A DNA stretch of 64,000 nucleotides from Vicugna vicugna. Lineage: Eukaryota. A model generated the notes under the pieces. It was not told where the DNA came from. It was given only the letters and a program-made list of their open reading frames with translations, and did no database searches. The position numbers and the translations under genes were made by a program. Below, in pieces: positions 21,721 through 38,839 of this stretch; within the stretch, counting starts at the first letter, position 1; every line of letters starts with the position of its first letter. The stretch covers positions 1,364,001 to 1,428,000 of the forward strand of contig MU063499.1 in the NCBI GenBank assembly GCA_013265495.1. Reading direction: 5' to 3'.

Positions 21721-23264
21721 GCCCTGAGCCCAGGTATAGGCTCTAGGACAGGTCTGAGAGGAAGTAAGTCAAAGGTCCTTGCACCGTGGGGGGACACCGT
21801 GACCCAGGCCCATCCTTCCCTGAGCCTGCCAGTCCTGTCCTTCCTTACATGACTGCCTTGGGCCCCTGTGCTGTCCCTGAAAGAGGCCCTTCCTCTTAAG
21901 TACAGTCTGGCATGGGGACTCACTTCCTTCTGGAAAGGAAGCAAATCCCTCTGAGATTCTCACTGTGGAGCATAGAAAGCTGGAGAAATCCGGGGACAAT
22001 CCCATTTCCAGACGGGAAGGTTCTGCACAACCATGGAAGGCTTCCTGCAGGAAGCACCAAAGGTGGGAGGAATCTGGTTGGATGAGGCCAGGCCTGGCAC
22101 ATTGCCAAGAGGTCTGGAGTTGGGGGCAAGGGACTGTTTCTGGGGAGAGTAGGGGTGTAAGTCTTAGAACTTTGTTCTGCCTGGGCCCATAGAACCCCTG
22201 TCCTCACCGGCTTCTCAAGCCACCCTTTGTTCAGTACTAGTTCTTTGGGCTCATGTCACAAACACTCACAGTCCAGGGCTCCAGGTGGCCAGACCATGAG
22301 AGTTGTTTGCTCTTGTCCTGGTGCCTGCTGCTCTAGCAAGTAGCCTTGGATCCCCAGACAAATGGAAAAACTGAAACACAACAGGACAGGCTGGGTGGTT
22401 CATGGTCTCTGTGTAGGGGTGGGGAAGGTTTTTGAGCTGAACTGAGTGCACCCGGAAAGTCTGGGCTGAGTAGGTTGCAGGGACTCAGTGTGAGGGGAAA
22501 AATGTTTTGGGGGAGTGGCTGGCTGCAAGAGAGGTACAGTGTTGCCATCTGTGTGCACTGCAACCTGGGGTGGATGTGCAGCCTATACTGTAGCAGGATA
22601 GGGGCGCTGCTGGAAGATGTTCTAGTGCAGACATGGCCAGGGAGCCAGGCGCCACTTGGAGTAGATGAAATGGGCTGGTGGCTTGCCAAAAACTTAGAAC
22701 TCATTCCATTCACTTAATTTTTACTGAGTATCTACTATGTGCCCTGTGCATTCTCAGTCTGGTGGGTGGAGGGCTGGACTTTGGATAAGAAGACAGATGC
22801 AGGATGGGGGCGCTTTAGAGGACCAGGCGGGGCTTCTGGGGGCCAAAGGGATGGACCAGCTGCTGGGGCAGGAGGGGCTTTCCGGCCAGCGACCTGGGGT
22901 GGCTTGGTTTTGAATTTCCGCTCTGCGGGCCACGTCCTGTACACAGCCTCTCAGCCGGCACGTCTGCACACGTGCGTGGCCGCTGAGGACAGGGTCACTT
23001 CGACTGACTGTCATCTCAGTGTATGTTTCCCATTGTGCAAGCAGAAAAATGATGGGTGCTGAACTCTGGGGCTCTGGGCTTTGTGGCCCTAGTGGGCTCA
23101 GTTCTACCCTCTAGATGTCTTGCGTCTGGCTAATGGGGGCATAACCTGCCCTTGTAGGAACATGGAAATGCTGTGGCAACCCTGCAGTGCCCACTGGGCC
23201 TGCCACCCCCCTCAACTGAACCTCTGGCTCCCTCTCCGCGTCTTGTTCCCTCTGGGACACTGTC

Positions 23265-23570
23265 TTTCACTGGCTGTCTCTTGCCGTCTCTTGCTGTCTC
23301 ATTGTCTCTTTCTCCATCTGGCTATCTCTAACTGGTTGGCCATCTCTGTCTCTGTCTCTCACCGATCTGATTGTCTCTTTCTGTCTCCTTGTCTGAGTGT
23401 CTACCCACCAATATTTTTCTCTGTTTGCGTCTCTCTGTATCCATCTGCATTTCTTTCTCTCCCCGTGCCTCTGTCTGTCTCTTGGTCTGCATCAGTATGC
23501 ATGGACACATGTGTGTATGTTTTCTCTCCCTGTCTCTCTCTTCCCTCCCTCTGCCTCTCTCTGTTTCTTT
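23265..23570 (+). repeat. TC/TG-rich low-complexity polypyrimidine tract
   Basis: ctgtctct/tctctgtc iterations over about 300 nt in SLC38A3 intron 1. Confidence 0.8.
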
Positions 23571-25659
23571 CTGACATTGGATGGCGCCTCTCCCCAGGCT
23601 GACCTTGCCTTTAGCATCCCCATCAGGGTCTCCAATGAGTCCTGAGCTGCCCTGGGCCCCTGCTCCAGCTTTCTTTGGGGCCAGAAGTCCGGCTGTCCAA
23701 ATATTTGGCCGCCTCCAGGGGATTCCGGGTCAGTAGGAAGGAGGATTGGCTGGCTGGCTCGGGGTCTCCCCTGCCCCTGGGGGGCCACAGGCACGTGATG
23801 TCCTGTCCTTTGCCTCAGCTGGGCCTCGGGCTGCACGTCCTTCTCAGCAGGCTGGCAGTGGAAGGAGAGGGCTGCTGCAGGCTCTGGCCAGGTCTTGAGC
23901 CAAGAGGTTCCGACTGCCGCTTCCACTGGGGGCGATCTGAGCAAGGAGGGTCCAGAGTTGGGCAGGAGGGAAGGCCTAGGTGTCTGGGGATAGGCCCAAT
24001 GCTACACATCTGTTAGGTGTTTAGAAAATGTACCCTGTCACAGGAAAGTCCATCTTCCGGTCCCAGCTGGGGTCCTCAGATCTTCCTAGACACTTCCGGA
24101 TGCCCAGAACACAGAAGCACGTGGCCAGGGAGCTAGGGGATGAGGATTGTTGTGGCCAACACATCAGCGTTCTGCACCATTTTCCTTTCCCTGGACGTGC
24201 CCCGTCCTGCATGCACCCCCTCAGTACTAGCCAGGTGTCAGCCACACACGAGCCACTTACTCAGTGTTGTTGACAGTGGGGGAATGGTGGATGGAAGACT
24301 GGATCTGCCGAGGTTGGATCTGGAGTTGTGGTTCAGGGGAAGGGGCAAGGGGTTTGCTTTAGTTCTCTCCCCTGTTCTGCACACCCTCCCACATGCCCTA
24401 TCCCTAGACCCCTGACCTCAGCAATCAGCTCTGTACCAATCCCTGTTGCTGTGCCTTGAGAACATACAGTCCAGCCATGTCCATTGAATCCAGTTCCCCT
24501 GTTGACTGATAGCTTCTCCAAGGGGGTTGTTTTCCTTCTGAAGCCTGGAGAAGCAGGTGGGCAAAGGGATGCTGGTCTGGGGAGGGCATCTTCTCTCAGC
24601 CAACAAGGGGATTGGTAAAGATGGGTGAGCTAGACCTGGGGCCAGCCCCAGGGATAACCACAAAGAACCCTTAAACCAGGCCAGCTGCCTCTCCCCTGAG
24701 ATCTGGGCTGAGGTAAGGGCTACCCAGGCACAGGAAGCCAGGGGCCATAGCAGCAAGCTCTGTGGGGTCTGTGCCTCCATCAGCCCATGTGGCCACAGGA
24801 TGGAGGGAAGGACAGTGTGGATGGCTTCCTGTAGCCAGCATGCTGCTGCAGACCCACTTCATCCCTCAGCACTGGGAAGGAAAGCTGGGCTCAGAGCCCT
24901 GGTGGATCCAAGGACCTTGATGCAGAGACAGAGAGGTGTGCTTCCATAGCAGCTGACACAAGCAGTGGCCCCATGGTGGCCTGGATTCCTGGGCCTCAAA
25001 ATCTTTAATTAGCCAAACTCAACGCCTGCCGAGGAGGTGTGCCTGACGAGTTCTCACCCTGTGATGTCTGCGTGGGTGGATGTTACCTATTGCACGATCC
25101 CTGTGGCGCCTGGCCCCTCCTGGCCTTTATCTAGCAGCAGAGCAAACAGGCCCCAGGACAGTGGCCTGGGTCATCGATTTACTGTCCAAATGCATGCTAC
25201 ACCCAGGATAGGTGCTATTCTGATGATCTGCCCAAGGTCGCTGTGATCTCCCCACTCCAGAGCTTGGCTCCTCTCTCGGGGCGAAGGCTTCAGGGAGGCT
25301 CCTTACTCTGTTCCCTCCTTTGGCCAAACTTCACAGAATTCCTAGAGGACAGGAGGACACTGAGGTCCCGAGTGGGGAATACTTTGCCCATAGTCATGTG
25401 GGGATGCAGAGCCAGGCCAGGCCTCAGACCCAGAGTGGTGACTCTGGGCTTTCCCCATAGTGGGTCAGGATCTGCTGGTGAGTTTCCTCAGACAGGGACT
25501 ATCCCCTGAGTCTGCCCTGATATCTGGTGCAAAGGAGCCTGGGAAGTGGCAAATCTGAGATGAGAACTGTCAAAACTGGGCTGCAAGCCTCGGGGAATGG
25601 CTGAGGGTCTGCATGCCAGGCCAACACCAATCTCTATCCTGGCCCCCTAGTCCTTAGCC

Positions 25660-25890
25660 CTGCCTTAGACTGAAGTACAGACTCCTTGACCTGGCCTTCA
25701 AGGCCCTATCAGGCTTATCTATGGCCATGGAATCTTCATTCTCTCCTCACAGCCTGCCTCATACCACATCTCAGGGCCTTTGCCCATGTTGTGCCCTCAG
25801 GTACTCTTTCCTTTTCCATACCTTGGGGGCTCCTACTGGAATTTCATTACTGGCTCCATCACCTCCTCCTCCAGGAAACCTTCCTTGTTG
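25660..25890 (+). mobile_element. L2 fragment
   Basis: actccttgacctggccttcaaggccct...cagggcctttgcccatgttgtgccctc...tcctccaggaaaccttcct, typical L2 3' region motifs. Confidence 0.65.
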
Positions 25891-27484
25891 CTTCTCTCAC
25901 TCTCTTTTTTTTTTGAGTCCCAGCACTGTGGCTCACACACAGTTACAACAGGAGCCATAGGATGGGAGTTGCGTGTTGGGATTTTGTCCCTTTCAGACTA
26001 GAAGCCACTTGAGGAAGAATATTCCATGTCCTCTCTGGAATCTCAGGCCAGCCTGAAGCCTAGCCGTGACTGGTCATGAGTTATAGACAGGATCTGAAGG
26101 TCTAGGCCCAGGTCCCTCTGGGGGGATGGGGAACCTGGAGCGAGGACCTCAGGTACCTTGGCCATGACCATGCCATGGGCTGTGGTCTCCCTGGAGACAG
26201 TGCTTGGCTGCTAGGGAAGAATATTAAGGGAGAGAAAAGTGCTTTGTCCAGGCTGCCAATTCAGCACACTCTCAGGGCCTGTCCCAGCCTGCCCAGGGCA
26301 GGAGGCCCGGCAAGGGCAACCCCAGCTGAGAGCCAGGGGGCAGTCTGGAGTGACTCTGGAGACTAGGTCTGGTATCCTTGGAGAGATACTGTAGGTGAGG
26401 CTCAGGGCAGGGACATGAAAAAAACAGGCTGACCTTAGGGATTCTGGTCAAGGAAAAGAGGGCATGAGAAGAGATGCTCAAATTGTTATGGTCCTGAGTG
26501 GACAGGACTGGAGGGCTAAAGCTGACCAAGGAAGGCCCTGAGTTCCTGACCTGGGTCCCCTGGAAGTGGGGAATCTGCTCAAAGGGTGGGCATCTAAGGG
26601 TGGAGGTTCCCCAGCAGGGGAGGAGAGGCTGAAAGAGAACATGGCCCCGAGGCCAGAGCTGTGTGGAGGGTGAGGCCTATGTGGCCCAGGGAGCGGGCCT
26701 CAGGACACCCATTTCCTGGAAGGCCCCCTGAGGGCCCTTCTCAGCCAGGCGGGCAGGGCCCAGGTGTCCAGCCACCCAGCACCGCCTCAGGCCTCCTGGC
26801 TCCGGGGGTGGGGGTAGCCTCTGCGCCTGCCGTTCCCAGCGCCAGCTCTCAGCCCACAGAGGGCCCTTTGTTCTGGCTGCCAGCAAAGCCCGCCGGGCGG
26901 CTGGGAACAGGGCCCACAGCCCTCACCCTCTCCCGAGGCCTCCAGCCGTCGGGTAGTGCCATTCTAGGTTGGCTCGGAGGCCCCTGGCACACGGGGCCGG
27001 CACAGGAAACTGTCTCCCAGCACTCATGTCAGGGAGAGGGAGTCAGTCCCGGGCCCATCCCGAGTGGGGTCTGGAGGCCTGACACTCAGCATCCTGGGAT
27101 CCTGGTGCCACTGGGCTCTGAACTCAGATCATCCAACAGACCCTTACTTCACAGATGGGTAAACTGAAGTCCCTCGCCTGGGCTGGTATGTGAGTGTGGT
27201 GGGGGCAGCACAAGCTACTGGCTGAGGTGTCCCCTCAGGATGTCCTGGAGAACTCATGTATTCAAGCTCTATCCGCCAGTGGCAGGTTCCAGGGGGCAGC
27301 AGGCAGAGGTGCATGCGCATGTATGTCCCGAGTGGACTTCTGGGAGGTGTGTTACAGCTGCACACTTCCTGTGGGAGTCTGGGCCATGGGCCCAAGGCAT
27401 GAGGGTAACCAGAGGGACTGTCTGCTCTGTGACTTCTGACTGTGTCAGTGTAAGAGCTAGTGTTCCGGTGGTGGTCCCCGAGCC

Positions 27485-32970
<5,486 letters not shown>

Positions 32971-33950
32971 GATGACCCCCCCATCCTATTCGGTCTACTC
33001 ACCCTAGTCCCCTTGCCCAGACTCTTCAGCGCCTGCTCCCATCCAGTGGCCAGTCAGGTGGAGGAGAAAGATGTGGTGAATGCTATGGCATTTGGCCCTG
33101 TCCCACGTCCTTTCTGTCGAGGTTTTTGTTAGAGCCAGGACCAAGGCCCTTGGGCCACTGCCCTGCTGAACTCCTGGGATACAGGGGCTTCCTGAGCTGG
33201 GAGCAGGGCAGGGCTGTACCGCTGCTCCCTTCCTGTTGCCTCAGATCCCACCCAAGCCCCTTAGCCTCTTTGCACAGGTGTAGACACTGAGGTCACACCA
33301 CCTGTAGGGGCACATAGAGCTGAACCAGGTCTGTGGTCACCCCCCTACTTTGTTGCTGGGGCCTCATCTCCCTCGGCCCTCTTGCCTTTCCTCCTTCTGT
33401 CCCCGAGGCCCCTTTCAGGCATTTGGGTTCAGGCCCTTGGATACTCTAGTCCCCTTCTCCCATTCCTCCACCAGGAGCAGACCTCATCACCTTAGACCTG
33501 GGGCCAGCAGGTTCTTTTGAGGGTTTGCCTGGTTTGGGCGCCCCCAAGGGACCCCTGCCCTGGCCCTTCCCCAGTCCTGGGGAGGCTGGGACTCCCCCCA
33601 CCCCAAGCCCGGGCCGTAGCTCACATTCCACTGCTGGGAGAAGAAAGAGGCTGGGGCCCAGAGCGTCTCTGTCCCTGGGAGCTAAAGACCCCAGGTGCCA
33701 GTCTAGGGCAGGGGTGGAGATGCTGGCAGCCCCCTTTTATAAATATTATACATGAGACCAACTGTGTTCTACATTCTTGAGCTCCATGGTCCCTGAGTTC
33801 CTGGGAAGTGGGGTGGGGGGTCAGGACGTGGATGGGGATGGAAGGCCGTCCTGCCTCTTTTCCTGGCTTGAGGGTGGGGACAGGGTGAGTCCCCTGCTGC
33901 ACCCTGCCCCCTGCCTCCCAAACCAACCAGGGCGTGCTCAGACCCAGCTC

Positions 33951-34098
33951 NNNNNNNNNNNNNNNNNNNNNNNNNNNNNNNNNNNNNNNNNNNNNNNNNN
34001 NNNNNNNNNNNNNNNNNNNNNNNNNNNNNNNNNNNNNNNNNNNNNNNNNNNNNNNNNNNNNNNNNNNNNNNNNNNNNNNNNNNNNNNNNNNNNNNNNN
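33951..34098. other. N gap, 148 nt, at SLC38A3 3' end
   Basis: Run of N. Confidence 0.99.
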
Positions 34099-34245
34099 CA
34101 GGAGGCAGCTGAGCCCTGTGGAAGGGCCCCCTGCCCTCCCTGGCTGCCACGTCAACTCTCTGTCAGTGCTTCGAGTCTGGGGACAAAAGTCCAGGGATCT
34201 TATGCCCTGTCAGGCTAACTTGTTATTAATAGTAAAACTGCTGCG

Positions 34246-34251
34246 AATAAA
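34246..34251 (+). terminator. SLC38A3: SLC38A3 candidate polyadenylation signal
   Basis: First visible AATAAA after the stop; the N gap 33951-34098 could hide an earlier one. Confidence 0.5.
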
Positions 34252-35574
34252 GGTGGGTTACTGAGTGCCTGTATGTGGGGCCTGAGTTTTGAGTCGGGAA
34301 GTCCAATGCAGGGCAAGAGCTGCAAGGACGCAGGGCAGCCCAGGTGCCTGGCCCGGGTGGGACTGGGAAGCTGCCCGCTGCCTGGGGCAAGCCTGAATCA
34401 GCCAGGACCCAGCAGGACAGAGCTGCCCAGGCCTTGGCATCAAACCCTCATTAGGAGAGACCCCGCACCCGGCTAGGCCGCCGGGGAAAGGACAGCAGGA
34501 AAAATCCAGTTTGAACTGGCAGGGCAGCTGCCAGCTTGAGAAACCCCTGAAGAAAGAACTCCTCAAACTGGAGGCTGCGAGGCCCATGGGAGTGCCAGCT
34601 GATCAGAGGGGGGCTTCCTGAGTCTGGTTCTCATCAGCCCCAGGCGCCTGACTCCAGCCTGGGGACTCACACAGAAGCCCCGTAGCCCCAGAAAAGAGCT
34701 GGACACCGGCCTAGAGGTGGCCGCAGCCCAGAGTGCCCCTGGCATGAGGGGCTGCCGTTTGGGGGTCTCTGGCTCCTTCCTCACCAGACAAGGCCACAGC
34801 TCTGCCTGAGCCGCTTGGCTCCCAGGGAGTAGGAGGTAATCAAGGGCAGGGTCCACCCTGCCAACAGTCCCTGGGGGTCTTTTCTCATACTCCCTCCATC
34901 CAAAGACTGCTGCAGGTCAGAGCAGCAGCAGGACTGCCTGGAGTCTTTCAAGACCCCAGGCCTGGCTTCAGGCCTCTCAGACCAGGGGGATGTGCTGAGA
35001 GTCGCTCTCCCCTCCCCCGACTCTCCCACATACACACAGCTGGGGTGGAGGAAGGACCCTGACCCCAGAGGCCATCTCTGCCTGCCCAGCAAGGTCTCCA
35101 CCAGACTGACGGGTGGACAGCAGGCTCTGGGGGTGCGGGAGGAGGGCAGGCAATGTGGCCAAAAGGCAGGTGCCCACAAGACTGTTTGAAAATGAACCTC
35201 CCATGTCCCTGGCTGTCAAGTTCCAGCCATTTCAGCCTCCATGAGGATGGGTCTGCAAGTCCTTGGTCATTGCTAAGGAATTTTTATGTTTTGAAGAATT
35301 TCCAAGTTCTTTTTTCTTCTTTTTTGCTTTTTAAAATTTGCTCTGAAGAAAAAAAATTTTAATCTGCTTGAAATAGTAAAAATTAGAGCACTTATGTCAC
35401 TTACATTTCTTTTCACCATTTTCTCAAGACTGCTTGTAACAGAAAAGTAAGACAATACAGTTCAGGTAAAGGGGCCCAAGCGTGGGCCTTGGTCTTCCTG
35501 ACCAGCAGCTGCCCCTCCTTGCACCCTTCTCACTGTGCGCACATGCACACATTCACCTCGCTCCTGAAAAGGAA

Positions 35575-36560
35575 CTCATTTATTCATTCACCAAGTATTT
35601 ATGAAGTCTTCCTATGAGCCAGGCACTTCTTCAGCACCTGCACACACAGTGATGACCAGAGAGAAGATCCCTGCCTTCCTAGAACTTATATTCTTGGTGG
35701 GGGGGTTGGACTCAGACCAGAAACGTGGAACATAATCAGCAGTAACGTCATTTGTTAGAAGATGGTCAGTAGTACAGGGAGTGAAAATGGCCAGGTAAGG
35801 GCGGTGAAGACTAGGAGGGTTAGGAGGTGGGTCAGGATGGGCCTCACTGAGAAAGGGATGATTGATCAGAGATTTGGAGAGGGAGGAAGCTGGACGGATG
35901 TCTGCAGGGACTATTCCAGCCAGAGGCATCAGCCAATGCAAAGCCGTAAGGCAGAATGTGCCCAAGATGGGAGAGGAGGAGCCAAGAAGCCACTGCGGCT
36001 GATGCTGAGTGAGGCTGGAGAGGGTAGATGGGAAGAGTGGGGGCCAACAAGGGGATGTCATGGGGCCTTGTCAGCCACCATAGGACTTTTGGATTTTTCT
36101 CTGGAAGAGATGAGAACCAATGCCAGGCCCTGAACAGAGGAAGGGGCAGGATCTGACTCAGTAGCAATGCTAAGTTTTAAATGGATTATTCTGGCTGCTA
36201 CATTGAGACTAGACTGTAGGGTAGGGGATGGGGTGCCAAGGGTGACACCAATACAGGACTGTTACAGTTGTTCCAGACACATCAGGTGGTTCAGCCCAGG
36301 TGGTGGCACAGAGTGGGTGAGACTCTGGGCCTGTCCTGAAGGTAAACGTGTTATCCTGATGGCTGGGTATGTATGAGGAGAAGGGCAGAGGCAAATCCAA
36401 AGTGACTCTAAGTTGCTGTATCCACAGAGGGAGGCTGGGGGAGGAGCAGGCTTGGGAGGGAGATCACTTTTACCTATGAAACATTTAAAACAACGATGGG
36501 ACATCAAAGCGGAAATGCCAAGTTTGCTGCTAGGTGTGTGACTCAAGTTCAGTAGAGTGG
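35575..36560 (-). mobile_element. L2 element, 3' approx. 1 kb
   Basis: Starts attcattcaccaagtatttatgaag...gagccaggcact...ccctgccttcctagaacttatattct (reverse L2 3' end) and continues with typical purine-rich L2 body motifs. Confidence 0.75.
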
Positions 36561-37413
36561 CCTATGCCAGAGCTTTGGATTTGGGAAGCAAAGAGAGTGG
36601 ATTGGTACTCAGAGCCGGGGCCTGGATGTGATGGGGGAAGGTGGGTTTGGAAGGAGGGCAGCACTCGGGACTGAGCCCTGGAACAGTCCTCTGTTAGGAG
36701 GTAGGAGGAATGAGGTAGGACTAGTAAAGAAGCTAAGCTGGAGCAGCCAGGAGGTGGGAGGCTACCCAGGAGAATTCGGGTTCCTGGGAGCCAGGCAGGC
36801 ATCTGCTGCTCAAGAAGGTGAGGGTGGAGAACAGACCACTGGGTCCAGCAATGTCTGGGACACTGAAGACTCTGACCAGGGATTTTTTGTGTGTGTGTGT
36901 GGAGGGAGGGGCAAGTCTGCCTGGAGTGGATAGAGGAGACAGGTAGGAACTGGAAAGAACAAGAGTAGACAATTTGTGTGAAGTGAGAGAAGCAAGGCTT
37001 ACAGAGGCTTTTAAAGGAAGAATGGGAAGACGACGCTTTGGAGGGTAAGAGATTGGAAGAAGCTGATGGGACGGTGGGTTGGAGGTAGGTGAAGGACTTC
37101 TGGTCCAGAGATCTGGCAATACTGAGCTGGAAGACAATAGATGGAGGTCAGATAGCAGCAGGGGTGGCCAAGCTAGGCATTGGTTGCTAGGAACATTGTG
37201 GGTCCATGATGCACCCAGGGACATCAAGGAGCATATAGAGGGTCCCAGAAGACTCATCCAGGTCTCTGCCTTGACCTCAGTTCAAAATCACCCAGCAACT
37301 GACTTTCAAACAACTTGGAACAGTAATAGGCTGCAAGTTACCTAGAAAGAAAAAGTAGCCCTGGAAAAAAATCAGGAAGAACAAATCTGCTTTCAAAACC
37401 ACACAAGCCTAGT

Positions 37414-37573
37414 GGGGAGGGTAGAGCTCAAGTGGCAGAGCATAAGCCATGCACAAGGTCCTGAATTCAATCCCCAGTACCCCTCTAAAATAAATAAATA
37501 CATAAATAAATAAATAAATAAACAAACAAACAAACAAACCTAATTACCTCCCCACAACAAAAGGGGAAAAAAA
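37414..37573 (+). mobile_element. Camelid tRNA-derived SINE (vic-1 type)
   Basis: ggggagggtagagctcaagtggcagagc...atgcacaaggtcctgaattcaatccccagtacc + (TAAA)n(CAAA)n + cctaattacctccc + A-rich tail; A and B boxes slightly mutated. Confidence 0.85.
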
Positions 37574-37718
37574 CCCCTGCAAGCCTGCAAACCTGCCCTG
37601 CCACGCACAGCGGGACCTCGACAGGATTAGATAGCAACTTAATCCCTCTCTCCATCCCCGCCCCCTGCTCCCGCCCCCTGCCCCCGCGCTAGCCCCAGAG
37701 ATCTGTATAAGGCTGTCC

Positions 37719-37785
37719 CTGCTGCCCTCTGGTGGTCAGTGGCTGGAGTCTGTGCTGTGCGGTCTCTGCTGCCCTCTGGTGGTCA
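37719..37785 (-). promoter_or_regulatory. Tandem pair of CTCF motifs (minus orientation)
   Basis: Identical 20-mers ctgctgccctctggtggtca at 37719-37738 and 37766-37785; reverse complement TGACCACCAGAGGGCAGCAG fits the core CCASYAGRKGGCRS. Confidence 0.75.
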
Positions 37786-38019
37786 ACAGCTGGAATCTGG
37801 CCTGCGCAGTGAATCACCCGACACGTTGAAGGCCGTGTGGTGGGAATGGTCAGCTATGGCTGTACGGGGTTTGGGGCCTCGAGGCTGGAAGGCAATCCAG
37901 GAAGGCTTCCTGGCTGGGGCATGAAAGGAAGGCAGGCAGGAAGGCTCTGGGCAGAAAGGGGTGAGGTCGCCAGGGAGGCGGGAGGGCAGGCCTGGTCGGG
38001 GTAAGGGCAAGCATTAGTC

Positions 38020-38530
38020 GGGACAAGAGGAGATGGCTGCGGGGAGATCGAGGAGGGGGACTCGCCTCGGCTCCCGCGCTGCGCCAAAGTCCCACTAGAG
38101 GGCGCCGCTGCCCTGTGATGCCGAGCCTCTGGAGCCGCGGAAACCCGCACTCCCGCGTAGAGAAGCACCGGAAGAGGCGGGGCGGTGCATTCAGAGGCCA
38201 CTTCCGGCTTCTGCTCGACTTGGGAGGCCAGAGGGGGTGGGTTCAGAGGGGCGGTGGGGAGGCGTGGGTGCCAGAACATGGGTAGGGAGGTCAAGGACTG
38301 AGAGGGTGCGAGGGGGCTGCGGTAGACTGGGCCCGAGGGCAGGCTGTGTTGCCGCGTCGTAGGGCAGGAGTCTTAGGACGGGGGGAGGGGGGGCGAGAGG
38401 CCGAAAGCGTCTGCGAGGCTGCACCCTTTGTAGCTCTCGGCCCCACACCTAAGCCTCTGGCCTTTTCCCTTGTGAAATACAGTCCTGGAGTTCGTGGGAG
38501 GCTTGGCGCTGCCCAAGACCTGCGGACAGG
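38020..38530 (+). promoter_or_regulatory. GNAI2: CpG-rich candidate distal GNAI2 promoter
   Basis: CpG-rich; inverted ETS pair CCGGAAG 38168-38174 and CACTTCCGG 38199-38207 flanking a GGGGCGG box; about 6 kb upstream of main exon 1. Confidence 0.6.
38092..38105 (+). promoter_or_regulatory. CTCF motif (plus orientation)
   Basis: CCACTAGAGGGCGC, full match to the core consensus. Confidence 0.75.
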
Positions 38531-38839
38531 GCAACGAAGACTTCCCTGCGATGGAGAAATGGGAAAGCAACTCCAGCAGGGGAGTGGAAAGGTGCACAGA
38601 GATGGGGAAGCAGCTACAGGCTCCTGGGGAACCTTTTAGACCTATTTTCTTTAAGTATCTGAACAATGTGCATTTGGAGAAGAGGCCAAGCCTGCGGAGA
38701 AGGCTAAAAGGGGACTAGTCAGCCCAAACCTACTGGAGGAAACAAGCTCAGTCCAGTTACATATGCCCTTCCCTGCCCCTCAGCAGAGGATGTGGGAGAG
38801 ATCTTTCTCCATAGGCTTTAGTCTCTCACTCTCACCTCC

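Noticed and set aside
35255-35460. AT-rich island downstream of SLC38A3
   Set aside because: Probably an old transposon fragment, but I could not assign a family, so it is not reported as a feature
37414-37485. tRNA-like sequence with A and B boxes (also 39050-39120 on the minus strand)
   Set aside because: Followed by SINE body, simple-repeat tail and, for the second copy, a TSD; it is a SINE head, not a tRNA gene
37719-37785. Direct repeat with a spacer, superficially CRISPR-like
   Set aside because: Only two copies, in mammalian DNA; better explained as CTCF motifs
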